Shown here: piece by piece, positions 28,101 to 42,000 of the stretch
Numbering within the stretch: the stretch's first letter is position 1
Layout of the letters: the number at the start of each line of letters is the position of its first letter
Assembly (NCBI RefSeq): GCF_037042905.1
Contig: NC_087251.1
Span: 28,770,001 to 28,834,000 of the forward strand
Direction: 5' to 3'
DNA length: 64,000 nucleotides
Origin: Lytechinus pictus
Taxonomy: Eukaryota
Made by a program: the position numbers and the translations under genes
The notes under the pieces: model-generated
Databases searched by the model: none
Seen by the model: only the letters and a program-made list of their open reading frames with translations
What the model was told of the DNA's origin: nothing

Positions 28101-31100
28101 CATACTAACCGATTATTACAGTGAAAATCAAGAGAATCAAGAGGATCCAGGGAGTAAGAATTTTCGACCCCCTCGCCCCACCCGCTACATGGAAAATTGA
28201 GCAAAATTGGCCAAAATTGAGCAAAATAATATTTGTTCAATATTTCCCCCTTAAACCCCCCCAAATCAGCCGTCCTTGCTTCCTGGGATGTTTTAGCATC
28301 CTAACCGATTATTACAGCGAGAATCAAGAGGATCCAGGGAGTTTGAATTTTCGACCCCCTCGCCCCACCCGCGACATGAAAAATTGGGCAAAATTGGCCA
28401 AAATTGAGCAAAATAATATTTGTTCAATATTTCCCCCGAAACCCCCCCAAATCAGCCGTCCTTGCTTCCTGGGATGTTTTAGCATCCTAACCGATTATTA
28501 CAGTGAAAATCAAGAGGATCCAGGGAGTTTGAATTTTCGACCCCCTCGCCCCACCCGCGACATGAAAAATTGGGCAAAATTGGCCAAAATTGAGCAAAAT
28601 AATATTTGTTCAATATTTCCCCCGAAACCCCCCCAAATCAGCCGTCCTTGCTTCCTGGGATGTTTTAGCATCCTAACCGATTATTACAGCGAGAATCAAG
28701 AGGATCCAGGGAGTTTGAATTTTCGACCCCCTCGCCCCACCCGCGACATGAAAAATTGGGCAAAATTGGCCAAAATTGAGCAAAATAATATTTGTTCAAT
28801 ATTTCCCCCGAAACCCCCCCAATCAGCCGTCTTTGCTCCCTGGGTTGTTTTAGCATCCTAACCGATTATTACAGCGAGAATCAAGAGGATCCAGGGAGTT
28901 TGAATTTTCGACCCCATTGCCCCACCCGCGACATGGAAAATTGGGCAAAATTGGCCAAAATTGAGCAAAATAATATTTGTTCAACATTTCCCCCGAAACC
29001 CCCCCAAATCAGCCGTCTTCGCTCCCTGGGATGTTTTAGCATCCTAACCGATTATTACAGCAAGAATCAAGAGGATCCAGAGAGTTTGAATTTTTGACCC
29101 CCTCTCCCCACCCGCGACATGGAAAATTGGGCAAAATTGTGCAAAATTGAGCAAAATAATATTTGTTCAATATTTCCCCCGAAACCCCCCCAAATCAGCC
29201 GTCCTCGCTTTCTGGGATGTTTAAGCATCCTAACCGATTATTACAGTGAAAATCAAGAGGATCCAGGGAGTTTGAATTTTCGACCCCCTCGCCCCACCCG
29301 CGACATGGAAAATTGGGCAAAATTTGCCAAAATTGAGCAAAATAATATTTGTTCAATATTTCCCCCTAAACCCCCCCAAATCAGCCGTCCTTGCTTCCTG
29401 GGATGTTTTAGCATCCTAACCGATTATTACAGCGAGAATCAAGAGGATCCAGGGAGTTTGAATTTTCGACCCCCTCGCCCCACCCGCGACATGAAAAATT
29501 GGGCAAAATTGGCCAAAATTGAGCAAAATAATATTTGTTCAATATTTCCCCCGAAACCCCCCCAATCAGCCGTCTTTGCTCCCTGGGTTGTTTTAGCATC
29601 CTAACCGATTATTACAGCGAGAATCAAGAGGATCCAGGGAGTTTGAATTTTCGACCCCATTGCCCCACCCGCGACATGGAAAATTGGGCAAAATTGGCCA
29701 AAATTGAGCAAAATAATATTTGTTCAACATTTCCCCCGAAACCCCCCCAAATCAGCCGTCTTCGCTCCCTGGGATGTTTTAGCATCCTAACCGATTATTA
29801 CAGCGAGAATCAAGAGGATCCAGAGAGTTTGAATTTTCGACCCCCTCGCCCCACCCGCGACATGGAAAATTGGGCAAAATTGTGCAAAATTGAGCAAAAT
29901 AATATTTGTTCAATATTTCCCCCGAAACCCCCCCAAATCAGCCGTCCTCGCTTCCTGGGATGTTTTAGCATCCTAACCGATTATTACAGTGAAAATCAAG
30001 AGAATCAAGAGGATCCAGGGAGTAAGAATTTTCGACCCCCTCGCCCCACCCGCGACATGGAAAATTGGGCAAAATTTGCCAAAATTGAGCAAAATAATAT
30101 TTGTTCAATATTTCCCCCTAAACCCCCCCAAATCAGCCGTCCTCGCTTCCTGGGATGTTTTAGCATCCTAACCGATTATTACAGCGAGAATCAAGAGGAT
30201 CCAGGGAGTTTGAATTTTCGACCCCCTCGCCCCACCCGCGACATGAAAAATTGGGCAAAATTGGCCAAAATTGAGCAAAATAATATTTGTTCAATATTTC
30301 CCCCGAAACCCCCCCAATCAGCCGTCTTTGGTCCCTGGGATGTTTTAGCATCCTAACCGATTATTACAGCGAGAATCAAGAGGATCCAGGGAGTTTGAAT
30401 TTTCGACCCCATTGCCCCACCCGCGACATGGAAAATTGGCCAAAATTGAGCAAAATAATATTTGTTCAACATTTCCCCCGAAACCCCCCCAAATCAGCCG
30501 TCTTCGCTCCCTGGGATGTTTTCGCATCCTAATCGATTATTACAGTGAGAATCAAGAGGATCCAGGGAATTTGAATTTTCGACCCCCTCGCCCCACCCGC
30601 GACATGGAAAATTGGGCAAAATTGGCCAAAATTGAGCAAAATATTATTTGTTCAATATTTTCCCCGAAACCCCCCCAAATCAGCCGTCTTCGCTCCCTGG
30701 AATGTTTTAGCATCCTAACCGATTATTACAGCGAGAATCATGAGGATCCAGGGAGTTTGAATTTTCGACCCCCTCGCCCCACCCGCGACATGAAAAATTT
30801 GGCAAAATTTGCCAAAATTGAGCAAAATAATATTTGTTCAATATTTCCCCCGAAACCCCCCCCCCCAAATCAGCCGTCTTCGCTCCTTGGGATGTTTTAG
30901 CATCCTAACCGATTATTAAAGCAAGAATCAAGAGGATCCAGGGACTTTAAAATTTCGACCCCCTCGCCCCACCCGCAACGTGGAAAATTGGGCAAAATTA
31001 GCCAAAATTGAGCAAAATAATATTTGTTCAACATTTCCCCGAAACCCCCCCCAAATCAGCCGTCTTTGCTCCCTGGGATGTTTTAGCATCCTAACAGATT

Positions 31101-33010
31101 ATTACAGCGAGAATCAAGAGGATCCAGGGAGTTTGATTTTTCGACCCCCTCGCCCCACCCGCGACATGGAAAATTGGGCAAAATTGGCCAAAATTGAGGA
31201 AAATAATATTTGTTCAATATTTCCCCCGAAACCCCCCCAAATCAGCCGTCTTCGTTCCCTGGGATGTTTTAGCATCCTAACCGATTATTACAGCGAGATT
31301 CAAGAGGATCCAGGGAGTTTGAATTTTCGACCCCCTCGCCCCACCCGCGACATGGAAAATTGGGCAAAATTGGCCAAAATTGAGCAAAATAATATTTGTT
31401 CAATATTTCCCCCGAAACTCCCCCAAATCAGCCGTCTTCGCTCCCTGGGATGTTTTAGCATACTAACCGATTATTACAGTGAAAATCAAGAGAATCAAGA
31501 GGATCCAGGGAGTAAGAATTTTCGACCCCCTCGCCCCACCCGCTACATGGAAAATTGAGCAAAATTGGCCAAAATTGAGCAAAATAATATTTGTTCAATA
31601 TTTCCCCCTTAAACCCCCCCAAATCAGCCGTCCTTGCTTCCTGGGATGTTTTAGCATCCTAACCGATTATTACAGCGAGAATCAAGAGGATCCAGGGAGT
31701 TTGAATTTTCGACCCCCTCGCCCCACCCGCGACATGAAAAATTGGGCAAAATTGGCCAAAATTGAGCAAAATAATATTTGTTCAATATTTCCCCCGAAAC
31801 CCCCCCAAATCAGCCGTCCTTGCTTCCTGGGATGTTTTAGCATCCTAACCGATTATTACAGTGAAAATCAAGAGGATCCAGGGAGTTTGAATTTTCGACC
31901 CCCTCGCCCCACCCGCGACATGAAAAATTGGGCAAAATTGGCCAAAATTGAGCAAAATAATATTTGTTCAATATTTCCCCCGAAACCCCCCCAAATCAGC
32001 CGTCCTTGCTTCCTGGGATGTTTTAGCATCCTAACCGATTATTACAGCGAGAATCAAGAGGATCCAGGGAGTTTGAATTTTCGACCCCCTCGCCCCACCC
32101 GCGACATGAAAAATTGGGCAAAATTGGCCAAAATTTAGCAAAATAATATTTGTTCAATATTTCCCCCGAAACCCCCCCAATCAGCCGTCTTTGCTCCCTG
32201 GGTTGTTTTAGCATCCTAACCGATTATTACAGCGAGAATCAAGAGGATCCAGGGAGTTTGAATTTTCGACCCCATTGCCCCACCCGCGACATGGAAAATT
32301 GGGCAAAATTGGCCAAAATTGAGCAAAATAATATTTGTTCAACATTTCCCCCGAAACCCCCCCAAATCAGCCGTCTTCGCTCCTTGGGATGTTTTAGCAT
32401 CCTAACCGATTATTAAAGCAAGAATCAAGAGGATCCAGGGACTTTAAAATTTCGACCCCCTCGCCCCACCCGCAACGTGGAAAATTGGGCAAAATTAGCC
32501 AAAATTGAGCAAAATAATATTTGTTCAACATTTCCCCGAAACCCCCCCCAAATCAGCCGTCTTTGCTCCCTGGGATGTTTTAGCATCCTAACAGATTATT
32601 ACAGCGAGAATCAAGAGGATCCAGGGAGTTTGATTTTTCGACCCCCTCGCCCCACCCGCGACATGGAAAATTGGGCAAAATTGGCCAAAATTGAGGAAAA
32701 TAATATTTGTTCAATATTTCCCCCGAAACCCCCCCAAATCAGCCGTCTTCGTTCCCTGGGATGTTTTAGCATCCTAACCGATTATTACAGCGAGATTCAA
32801 GAGGATCCAGGGAGTTTGAATTTTCGACCCCCTCGCCCCACCCGCGACATGGAAAATTGGGCAAAATTGGCCAAAATTGAGCAAAATAATATTTGTTCAA
32901 TATTTCCCCCGAAACTCCCCCAAATCAGCCGTCTTCGCTCCCTGGGATGTTTTAGCATACTAACCGATTATTACAGTGAAAATCAAGAGAATCAAGAGGA
33001 TCCAGGGAGT
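16161..33010. repeat. 16,850-bp (~90-monomer) tandem segmental duplication unit; 16851-33010 repeats 1-16160
   Basis: Every ORF from 5 to 15627 recurs with the same translation at +16850 (5/16855, 698/17548, 8001/24851, 15300/32150). Rare variants are copied too: cctagg 1116/17966, gggtgttt ~9997/26847, aaatttagc ~15281/32131. The copies diverge at 16161 (ttgaat) versus 33011 (aagaat). Confidence 0.93.
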
Positions 33011-36000
33011 AAGAATTTTCGACCCCCTCGCCCCACCCGCTACATGGAAAATTGAGCAAAATTGGCCAAAATTGAGCAAAATAATATTTGTTCAATATTT
33101 CCCCCTTAAACCCCCCCAAATCAGCCGTCCTTGCTTCCTGGGATGTTTTAGCATCCTAACCGATTATTACAGCGAGAATCAAGAGGATCCAGGGAGTTTG
33201 AATTTTCGACCCCCTCGCCCCACCCGCGACATGAAAAATTGGGCAAAATTGGCCAAAATTGAGCAAAATAATATTTGTTCAATATTTCCCCCGAAACCCC
33301 CCCAAATCAGCCGTCCTTGCTTCCTGGGATGTTTTAGCATCCTAACCGATTATTACAGTGAAAATCAAGAGGATCCAGGGAGTTTGAATTTTCGACCCCC
33401 TCGCCCCACCCGCGACATGAAAAATTGGGCAAAATTGGCCAAAATTGAGCAAAATAATATTTGTTCAATATTTCCCCCGAAACCCCCCCAAATCAGCCGT
33501 CCTTGCTTCCTGGGATGTTTTAGCATCCTAACCGATTATTACAGCGAGAATCAAGAGGATCCAGGGAGTTTGAATTTTCGACCCCCTCGCCCCACCCGCG
33601 ACATGAAAAATTGGGCAAAATTGGCCAAAATTGAGCAAAATAATATTTGTTCAATATTTCCCCCGAAACCCCCCCAATCAGCCGTCTTTGCTCCCTGGGT
33701 TGTTTTAGCATCCTAACCGATTATTACAGCGAGAATCAAGAGGATCCAGGGAGTTTGAATTTTCGACCCCATTGCCCCACCCGCGACATGGAAAATTGGG
33801 CAAAATTGGCCAAAATTGAGCAAAATAATATTTGTTCAACATTTCCCCCGAAACCCCCCCCAAATCAGCCGTCTTTGCTCCCTGGGATGTTTTAGCATCC
33901 TAACAGATTATTACAGCGAGAATCAAGAGGATCCAGGGAGTTTGATTTTTCGACCCCCTCGCCCCACCCGCGACATGGAAAATTGGGCAAAATTGGCCAA
34001 AATTGAGGAAAATAATATTTGTTCAATATTTCCCCCGAAACCCCCCCAAATCAGCCGTCTTCGTTCCCTGGGATGTTTTAGCATCCTAACCGATTATTAC
34101 AGCGAGATTCAAGAGGATCCAGGGAGTTTGAATTTTCGACCCCCTCGCCCCACCCGCGACATGGAAAATTGGGCAAAATTGGCCAAAATTGAGCAAAATA
34201 ATATTTGTTCAATATTTCCCCCGAAACTCCCCCAAATCAGCCGTCTTCGCCCCTGGGATGTTTTAGCATACTAACCGATTATTACAGTGAAAATCAAGAG
34301 AATCAAGAGGATCCAGGGAGTAAGAATTTTCGACCCCCTCGCCCCACCCGCTACATGGAAAATTGAGCAAAATTGGCCAAAATTGAGCAAAATAATATTT
34401 GTTCAATATTTCCCCCTTAAACCCCCCCAAATCAGCCGTCCTTGCTTCCTGGGATGTTTTAGCATCCTAACCGATTATTACAGCGAGAATCAAGAGGATC
34501 CAGGGAGTTTGAATTTTCGACCCCCTCGCCCCACCCGCGACATGAAAAATTGGGCAAAATTGGCCAAAATTGAGCAAAATAATATTTGTTCAATATTTCC
34601 CCCGAAACCCCCCCAAATCAGCCGTCCTTGCTTCCTGGGATGTTTTAGCATCCTAACCGATTATTACAGTGAAAATCAAGAGGATCCAGGGAGTTTGAAT
34701 TTTCGACCCCCTCGCCCCACCCGCGACATGAAAAATTGGGCAAAATTGGCCAAAATTGAGCAAAATAATATTTGTTCAATATTTCCCCCGAAACCCCCCC
34801 AAATCAGCCGTCCTTGCTTCCTGGGATGTTTTAGCATCCTAACCGATTATTACAGCGAGAATCAAGAGGATCCAGGGAGTTTGAATTTTCGACCCCCTCG
34901 CCCCACCCGCGACATGAAAAATTGGGCAAAATTGGCCAAAATTGAGCAAAATAATATTTGTTCAATATTTCCCCCGAAACCCCCCCAATCAGCCGTCTTT
35001 GCTCCCTGGGTTGTTTTAGCATCCTAACCGATTATTACAGCGAGAATCAAGAGGATCCAGGGAGTTTGAATTTTCGACCCCATTGCCCCACCCGCGACAT
35101 GGAAAATTGGGCAAAATTGGCCAAAATTGAGCAAAATAATATTTGTTCAACATTTCCCCCGAAACCCCCCCAAATCAGCCGTCTTCGCTCCTTGGGATGT
35201 TTTAGCATCCTAACCGATTATTAAAGCAAGAATCAAGAGGATCCAGGGACTTTAAACTTTCGACCCCCTCGCCCCACCCGCAACGTGGAAAATTGGGCAA
35301 AATTAGCCAAAATTGAGCAAAATAATATTTGTTCAACATTTCCCCGAAACCCCCCCCAAATCAGCCGTCTTTGCTCCCTGGGATGTTTTAGCATCCTAAC
35401 AGATTATTACAGCGAGAATCAAGAGGATCCAGGGAGTTTGATTTTTCGACCCCCTCGCCCCACCCGCGACATGGAAAATTGGGCAAAATTGGCCAAAATT
35501 GAGGAAAATAATATTTGTTCAATATTTCCCCCGAAACCCCCCCAAATCAGCCGTCTTCGTTCCCTGGGATGTTTTAGCATCCTAACCGATTATTACAGCG
35601 AGATTCAAGAGGATCCAGGGAGTTTGAATTTTCGACCCCCTCGCCCCACCCGCGACATGGAAAATTGGGCAAAATTGGCCAAAATTGAACAAAATAATAT
35701 TTGTTCAATATTTCCCCCGAAACTCCCCCAAATCAGCCGTCTTCGCTCCCTGGGATGTTTTAGCATACTAACCGATTATTACAGTGAAAATCAAGAGAAT
35801 CAAGAGGATCCAGGGAGTAAGAATTTTCGACCCCCTCGCCCCACCCGCTACATGGAAAATTGAGCAAAATTGGCCAAAATTGAGCAAAATAATATTTGTT
35901 CAATATTTCCCCCTTAAACCCCCCCAAATCAGCCGTCCTTGCTTCCTGGGATGTTTTAGCATCCTAACCGATTATTACAGCGAGAATCAAGAGGATCCAG

Positions 36001-39000
36001 GGAGTTTGAATTTTCGACCCCCTCGCCCCACCCGCGACATGAAAAATTGGGCAAAATTGGCCAAAATTGAGCAAAATAATATTTGTTCAATATTTCCCCC
36101 GAAACCCCCCCAAATCAGCCGTCCTTGCTTCCTGGGATGTTTTAGCATCCTAACCGATTATTACAGTGAAAATCAAGAGGATCCAGGGAGTTTGAATTTT
36201 CGACCCCCTCGCCCCACCCGCGACATGAAAAATTGGGCAAAATTGGCCAAAATTGAGCAAAATAATATTTGTTCAATATTTCCCCCGAAACCCCCCCAAA
36301 TCAGCCGTCCTTGCTTCCTGGGATGTTTTAGCATCCTAACCGATTATTACAGCGAGAATCAAGAGGATCCAGGGAGTTTGAATTTTCGACCCCCTCGCCC
36401 CACCCGCGACATGAAAAATTGGGCAAAATTGGCCAAAATTGAGCAAAATAATATTTGTTCAATATTTCCCCCGAAACCCCCCCAATCAGCCGTCTTTGCT
36501 CCCTGGGTTGTTTTAGCATCCTAACCGATTATTACAAAGAGAATCAAGAGGATCCAGGGAGTTTGAATTTTCGACCCCATTGCCCCACCCGCGACATGGA
36601 AAATTGGGCAAAATTGGCCAAAATTGAGCAAAATAATATTTGTTCAACATTTCCCCCGAAACCCCCCCCAAATCAGCCGTCTTTGCTCCCTGGGATGTTT
36701 TAGCATCCTAACAGATTATTACAGCGAGAATCAAGAGGATCCAGGGAGTTTGAATTTTCGACCCCCTCGCCCCACCCGCGACATGAAAAATTGGGCAAAA
36801 TTGGCCAAAATTGAGCAAAATAATATTTGTTCAATATTTCCCCCGAAACCCCCCCAATCAGCCGTCTTTGCTCCCTGGGTTGTTTTAGCATCCTAACCGA
36901 TTATTACAGCGAGAATCAAGAGGATCCAGGGAGTTTGAATTTTCGACCCCATTGCCCCACCCGCGACATGGAAAATTGGGCAAAATTGGCCAAAATTGAG
37001 CAAAATAATATTTGTTCAACATTTCCCCCGAAACCCCCCCCAAATCAGCCGTCTTTGCTCCCTGGGATGTTTTAGCATCCTAACAGATTATTACAGCGAG
37101 AATCAAGAGGATCCAGGGAGTTTGATTTTTCGACCCCCTCGCCCCACCCGCGACATGGAAAATTGGGCAAAATTGGCCAAAATTGAGGAAAATAATATTT
37201 GTTCAATATTTCCCCCGAAACCCCCCCAAATCAGCCGTCTTCGTTCCCTGGGATGTTTTAGCATCCTAACCGATTATTACAGCGAGATTCAAGAGGATCC
37301 AGGGAGTTTGAATTTTCGACCCCCTCGCCCCACCCGCGACATGGAAAATTGGGCAAAATTGGCCAAAATTGAGCAAAATAATATTTGTTCAATATTTCCC
37401 CCGAAACTCCCCCAAATCAGCCGTCTTCGCCCCTGGGATGTTTTAGCATACTAACCGATTATTACAGTGAAAATCAAGAGAATCAAGAGGATCCAGGGAG
37501 TAAGAATTTTCGACCCCCTCGCCCCACCCGCTACATGGAAAATTGAGCAAAATTGGCCAAAATTGAGCAAAATAATATTTGTTCAATATTTCCCCCTTAA
37601 ACCCCCCCAAATCAGCCGTCCTTGCTTCCTGGGATGTTTTAGCATCCTAACCGATTATTACAGCGAGAATCAAGAGGATCCAGGGAGTTTGAATTTTCGA
37701 CCCCCTCGCCCCACCCGCGACATGAAAAATTGGGCAAAATTGGCCAAAATTGAGCAAAATAATATTTGTTCAATATTTCCCCCGAAACCCCCCCAAATCA
37801 GCCGTCCTTGCTTCCTGGGATGTTTTAGCATCCTAACCGATTATTACAGTGAAAATCAAGAGGATCCAGGGAGTTTGAATTTTCGACCCCCTCGCCCCAC
37901 CCGCGACATGAAAAATTGGGCAAAATTGGCCAAAATTGAGCAAAATAATATTTGTTCAATATTTCCCCCGAAACCCCCCCAAATCAGCCGTCCTTGCTTC
38001 CTGGGATGTTTTAGCATCCTAACCGATTATTACAGCGAGAATCAAGAGGATCCAGGGAGTTTGAATTTTCGACCCCCTCGCCCCACCCGCGACATGAAAA
38101 ATTGGGCAAAATTGGCCAAAATTGAGCAAAATAATATTTGTTCAATATTTCCCCCGAAACCCCCCCAATCAGCCGTCTTTGCTCCCTGGGTTGTTTTAGC
38201 ATCCTAACCGATTATTACAGCGAGAATCAAGAGGATCCAGGGAGTTTGAATTTTCGACCCCATTGCCCCACCCGCGACATGGAAAATTGGGCAAAATTGG
38301 CCAAAATTGAGCAAAATAATATTTGTTCAACATTTCCCCCGAAACCCCCCCAAATCAGCCGTCTTCGCTCCTTGGGATGTTTTAGCATCCTAACCGATTA
38401 TTAAAGCAAGAATCAAGAGGATCCAGGGACTTTAAAATTTCGACCCCCTCGCCCCACCCGCAACGTGGAAAATTGGGCAAAATTAGCCAAAATTGAGCAA
38501 AATAATATTTGTTCAACATTTCCCCGAAACCCCCCCCAAATCAGCCGTCTTTGCTCCCTGGGATGTTTTAGCATCCTAACAGATTATTACAGCGAGAATC
38601 AAGAGGATCCAGGGAGTTTGATTTTTCGACCCCCTCGCCCCACCCGCGACATGGAAAATTGGGCAAAATTGGCCAAAATTGAGGAAAATAATATTTGTTC
38701 AATATTTCCCCCGAAACCCCCCCAAATCAGCCGTCTTCGTTCCCTGGGATGTTTTAGCATCCTAACCGATTATTACAGCGAGATTCAAGAGGATCCAGGG
38801 AGTTTGAATTTTCGACCCCCTCGCCCCACCCGCGACATGGAAAATTGGGCAAAATTGGCCAAAATTGAACAAAATAATATTTGTTCAATATTTCCCCCGA
38901 AACTCCCCCAAATCAGCCGTCTTCGCTCCCTGGGATGTTTTAGCATACTAACCGATTATTACAGTGAAAATCAAGAGAATCAAGAGGATCCAGGGAGTAA

Positions 39001-42000
39001 GAATTTTCGACCCCCTCGCCCCACCCGCTACATGGAAAATTGAGCAAAATTGGCCAAAATTGAGCAAAATAATATTTGTTCAATATTTCCCCCTTAAACC
39101 CCCCCAAATCAGCCGTCCTTGCTTCCTGGGATGTTTTAGCATCCTAACCGATTATTACAGCGAGAATCAAGAGGATCCAGGGAGTTTGAATTTTCGACCC
39201 CCTCGCCCCACCCGCGACATGAAAAATTGGGCAAAATTGGCCAAAATTGAGCAAAATAATATTTGTTCAATATTTCCCCCGAAACCCCCCCAAATCAGCC
39301 GTCCTTGCTTCCTGGGATGTTTTAGCATCCTAACCGATTATTACAGTGAAAATCAAGAGGATCCAGGGAGTTTGAATTTTCGACCCCCTCGCCCCACCCG
39401 CGACATGAAAAATTGGGCAAAATTGGCCAAAATTGAGCAAAATAATATTTGTTCAATATTTCCCCCGAAACCCCCCCAAATCAGCCGTCCTTGCTTCCTG
39501 GGATGTTTTAGCATCCTAACCGATTATTACAGCGAGAATCAAGAGGATCCAGGGAGTTTGAATTTTCGACCCCCTCGCCCCACCCGCGACATGAAAAATT
39601 GGGCAAAATTGGCCAAAATTGAGCAAAATAATATTTGTTCAATATTTCCCCCGAAACCCCCCCAATCAGCCGTCTTTGCTCCCTGGGTTGTTTTAGCATC
39701 CTAACCGATTATTACAAAGAGAATCAAGAGGATCCAGGGAGTTTGAATTTTCGACCCCATTGCCCCACCCGCGACATGGAAAATTGGGCAAAATTGGCCA
39801 AAATTGAGCAAAATAATATTTGTTCAACATTTCCCCCGAAACCCCCCCCAAATCAGCCGTCTTTGCTCCCTGGGATGTTTTAGCATCCTAACAGATTATT
39901 ACAGCGAGAATCAAGAGGATCCAGGGAGTTTGATTTTTCGACCCCCTCGCCCCACCCGCGACATGGAAAATTGGGCAAAATTGGCCAAAATTGAGGAAAA
40001 TAATATTTGTTCAATATTTCCCCCGAAACCCCCCCAAATCAGCCGTCTTCGTTCCCTGGGATGTTTTAGCATCCTAACCGATTATTACAGCGAGATTCAA
40101 GAGGATCCAGGGAGTTTGAATTTTCGACCCCCTCGCCCCACCCGCGACATGGAAAATTGGGCAAAATTGGCCAAAATTGAGCAAAATAATATTTGTTCAA
40201 TATTTCCCCCGAAACTCCCCCAAATCAGCCGTCTTCGCCCCTGGGATGTTTTAGCATACTAACCGATTATTACAGTGAAAATCAAGAGAATCAAGAGGAT
40301 CCAGGGAGTAAGAATTTTCGACCCCCTCGCCCCACCCGCTACATGGAAAATTGAGCAAAATTGGCCAAAATTGAGCAAAATAATATTTGTTCAATATTTC
40401 CCCCTTAAACCCCCCCAAATCAGCCGTCCTTGCTTCCTGGGATGTTTTAGCATCCTAACCGATTATTACAGCGAGAATCAAGAGGATCCAGGGAGTTTGA
40501 ATTTTCGACCCCCTCGCCCCACCCGCGACATGAAAAATTGGGCAAAATTGGCCAAAATTGAGCAAAATAATATTTGTTCAATATTTCCCCCGAAACCCCC
40601 CCAAATCAGCCGTCCTTGCTTCCTGGGATGTTTTAGCATCCTAACCGATTATTACAGTGAAAATCAAGAGGATCCAGGGAGTTTGAATTTTCGACCCCCT
40701 CGCCCCACCCGCGACATGAAAAATTGGGCAAAATTGGCCAAAATTGAGCAAAATAATATTTGTTCAATATTTCCCCCGAAACCCCCCCAAATCAGCCGTC
40801 CTTGCTTCCTGGGATGTTTTAGCATCCTAACCGATTATTACAGCGAGAATCAAGAGGATCCAGGGAGTTTGAATTTTCGACCCCCTCGCCCCACCCGCGA
40901 CATGAAAAATTGGGCAAAATTGGCCAAAATTGAGCAAAATAATATTTGTTCAATATTTCCCCCGAAACCCCCCCAATCAGCCGTCTTTGCTCCCTGGGTT
41001 GTTTTAGCATCCTAACCGATTATTACAGCGAGAATCAAGAGGATCCAGGGAGTTTGAATTTTCGACCCCATTGCCCCACCCGCGACATGGAAAATTGGGC
41101 AAAATTGGCCAAAATTGAGCAAAATAATATTTGTTCAATATTTCCCCCGAAACCCCCCCCAAATCAGCCGTCTTTGCTCCCTGGGATGTTTTAGCATCCT
41201 AACAGATTATTACAGCGAGAATCAAGAGGATCCAGGGAGTTTGATTTTTCGACCCCCTCGCCCCACCCGCGACATGGAAAATTGGGCAAAATTGGCCAAA
41301 ATTGAGGAAAATAATATTTGTTCAATATTTCCCCCGAAACCCCCCCAAATCAGCCGTCTTCGTTCCCTGGGATGTTTTAGCATCCTAACCGATTATTACA
41401 GCGAGATTCAAGAGGATCCAGGGAGTTTGAATTTTCGACCCCCTCGCCCCACCCGCGACATGGAAAATTGGGCAAAATTGGCCAAAATTGAGCAAAATAA
41501 TATTTGTTCAATATTTCCCCCGAAACTCCCCCAAATCAGCCGTCTTCGCCCCTGGGATGTTTTAGCATACTAACCGATTATTACAGTGAAAATCAAGAGA
41601 ATCAAGAGGATCCAGGGAGTAAGAATTTTCGACCCCCTCGCCCCACCCGCTACATGGAAAATTGAGCAAAATTGGCCAAAATTGAGCAAAATAATATTTG
41701 TTCAATATTTCCCCCTTAAACCCCCCCAAATCAGCCGTCCTTGCTTCCTGGGATGTTTTAGCATCCTAACCGATTATTACAGCGAGAATCAAGAGGATCC
41801 AGGGAGTTTGAATTTTCGACCCCCTCGCCCCACCCGCGACATGAAAAATTGGGCAAAATTGGCCAAAATTGAGCAAAATAATATTTGTTCAATATTTCCC
41901 CCGAAACCCCCCCAAATCAGCCGTCCTTGCTTCCTGGGATGTTTTAGCATCCTAACCGATTATTACAGTGAAAATCAAGAGGATCCAGGGAGTTTGAATT

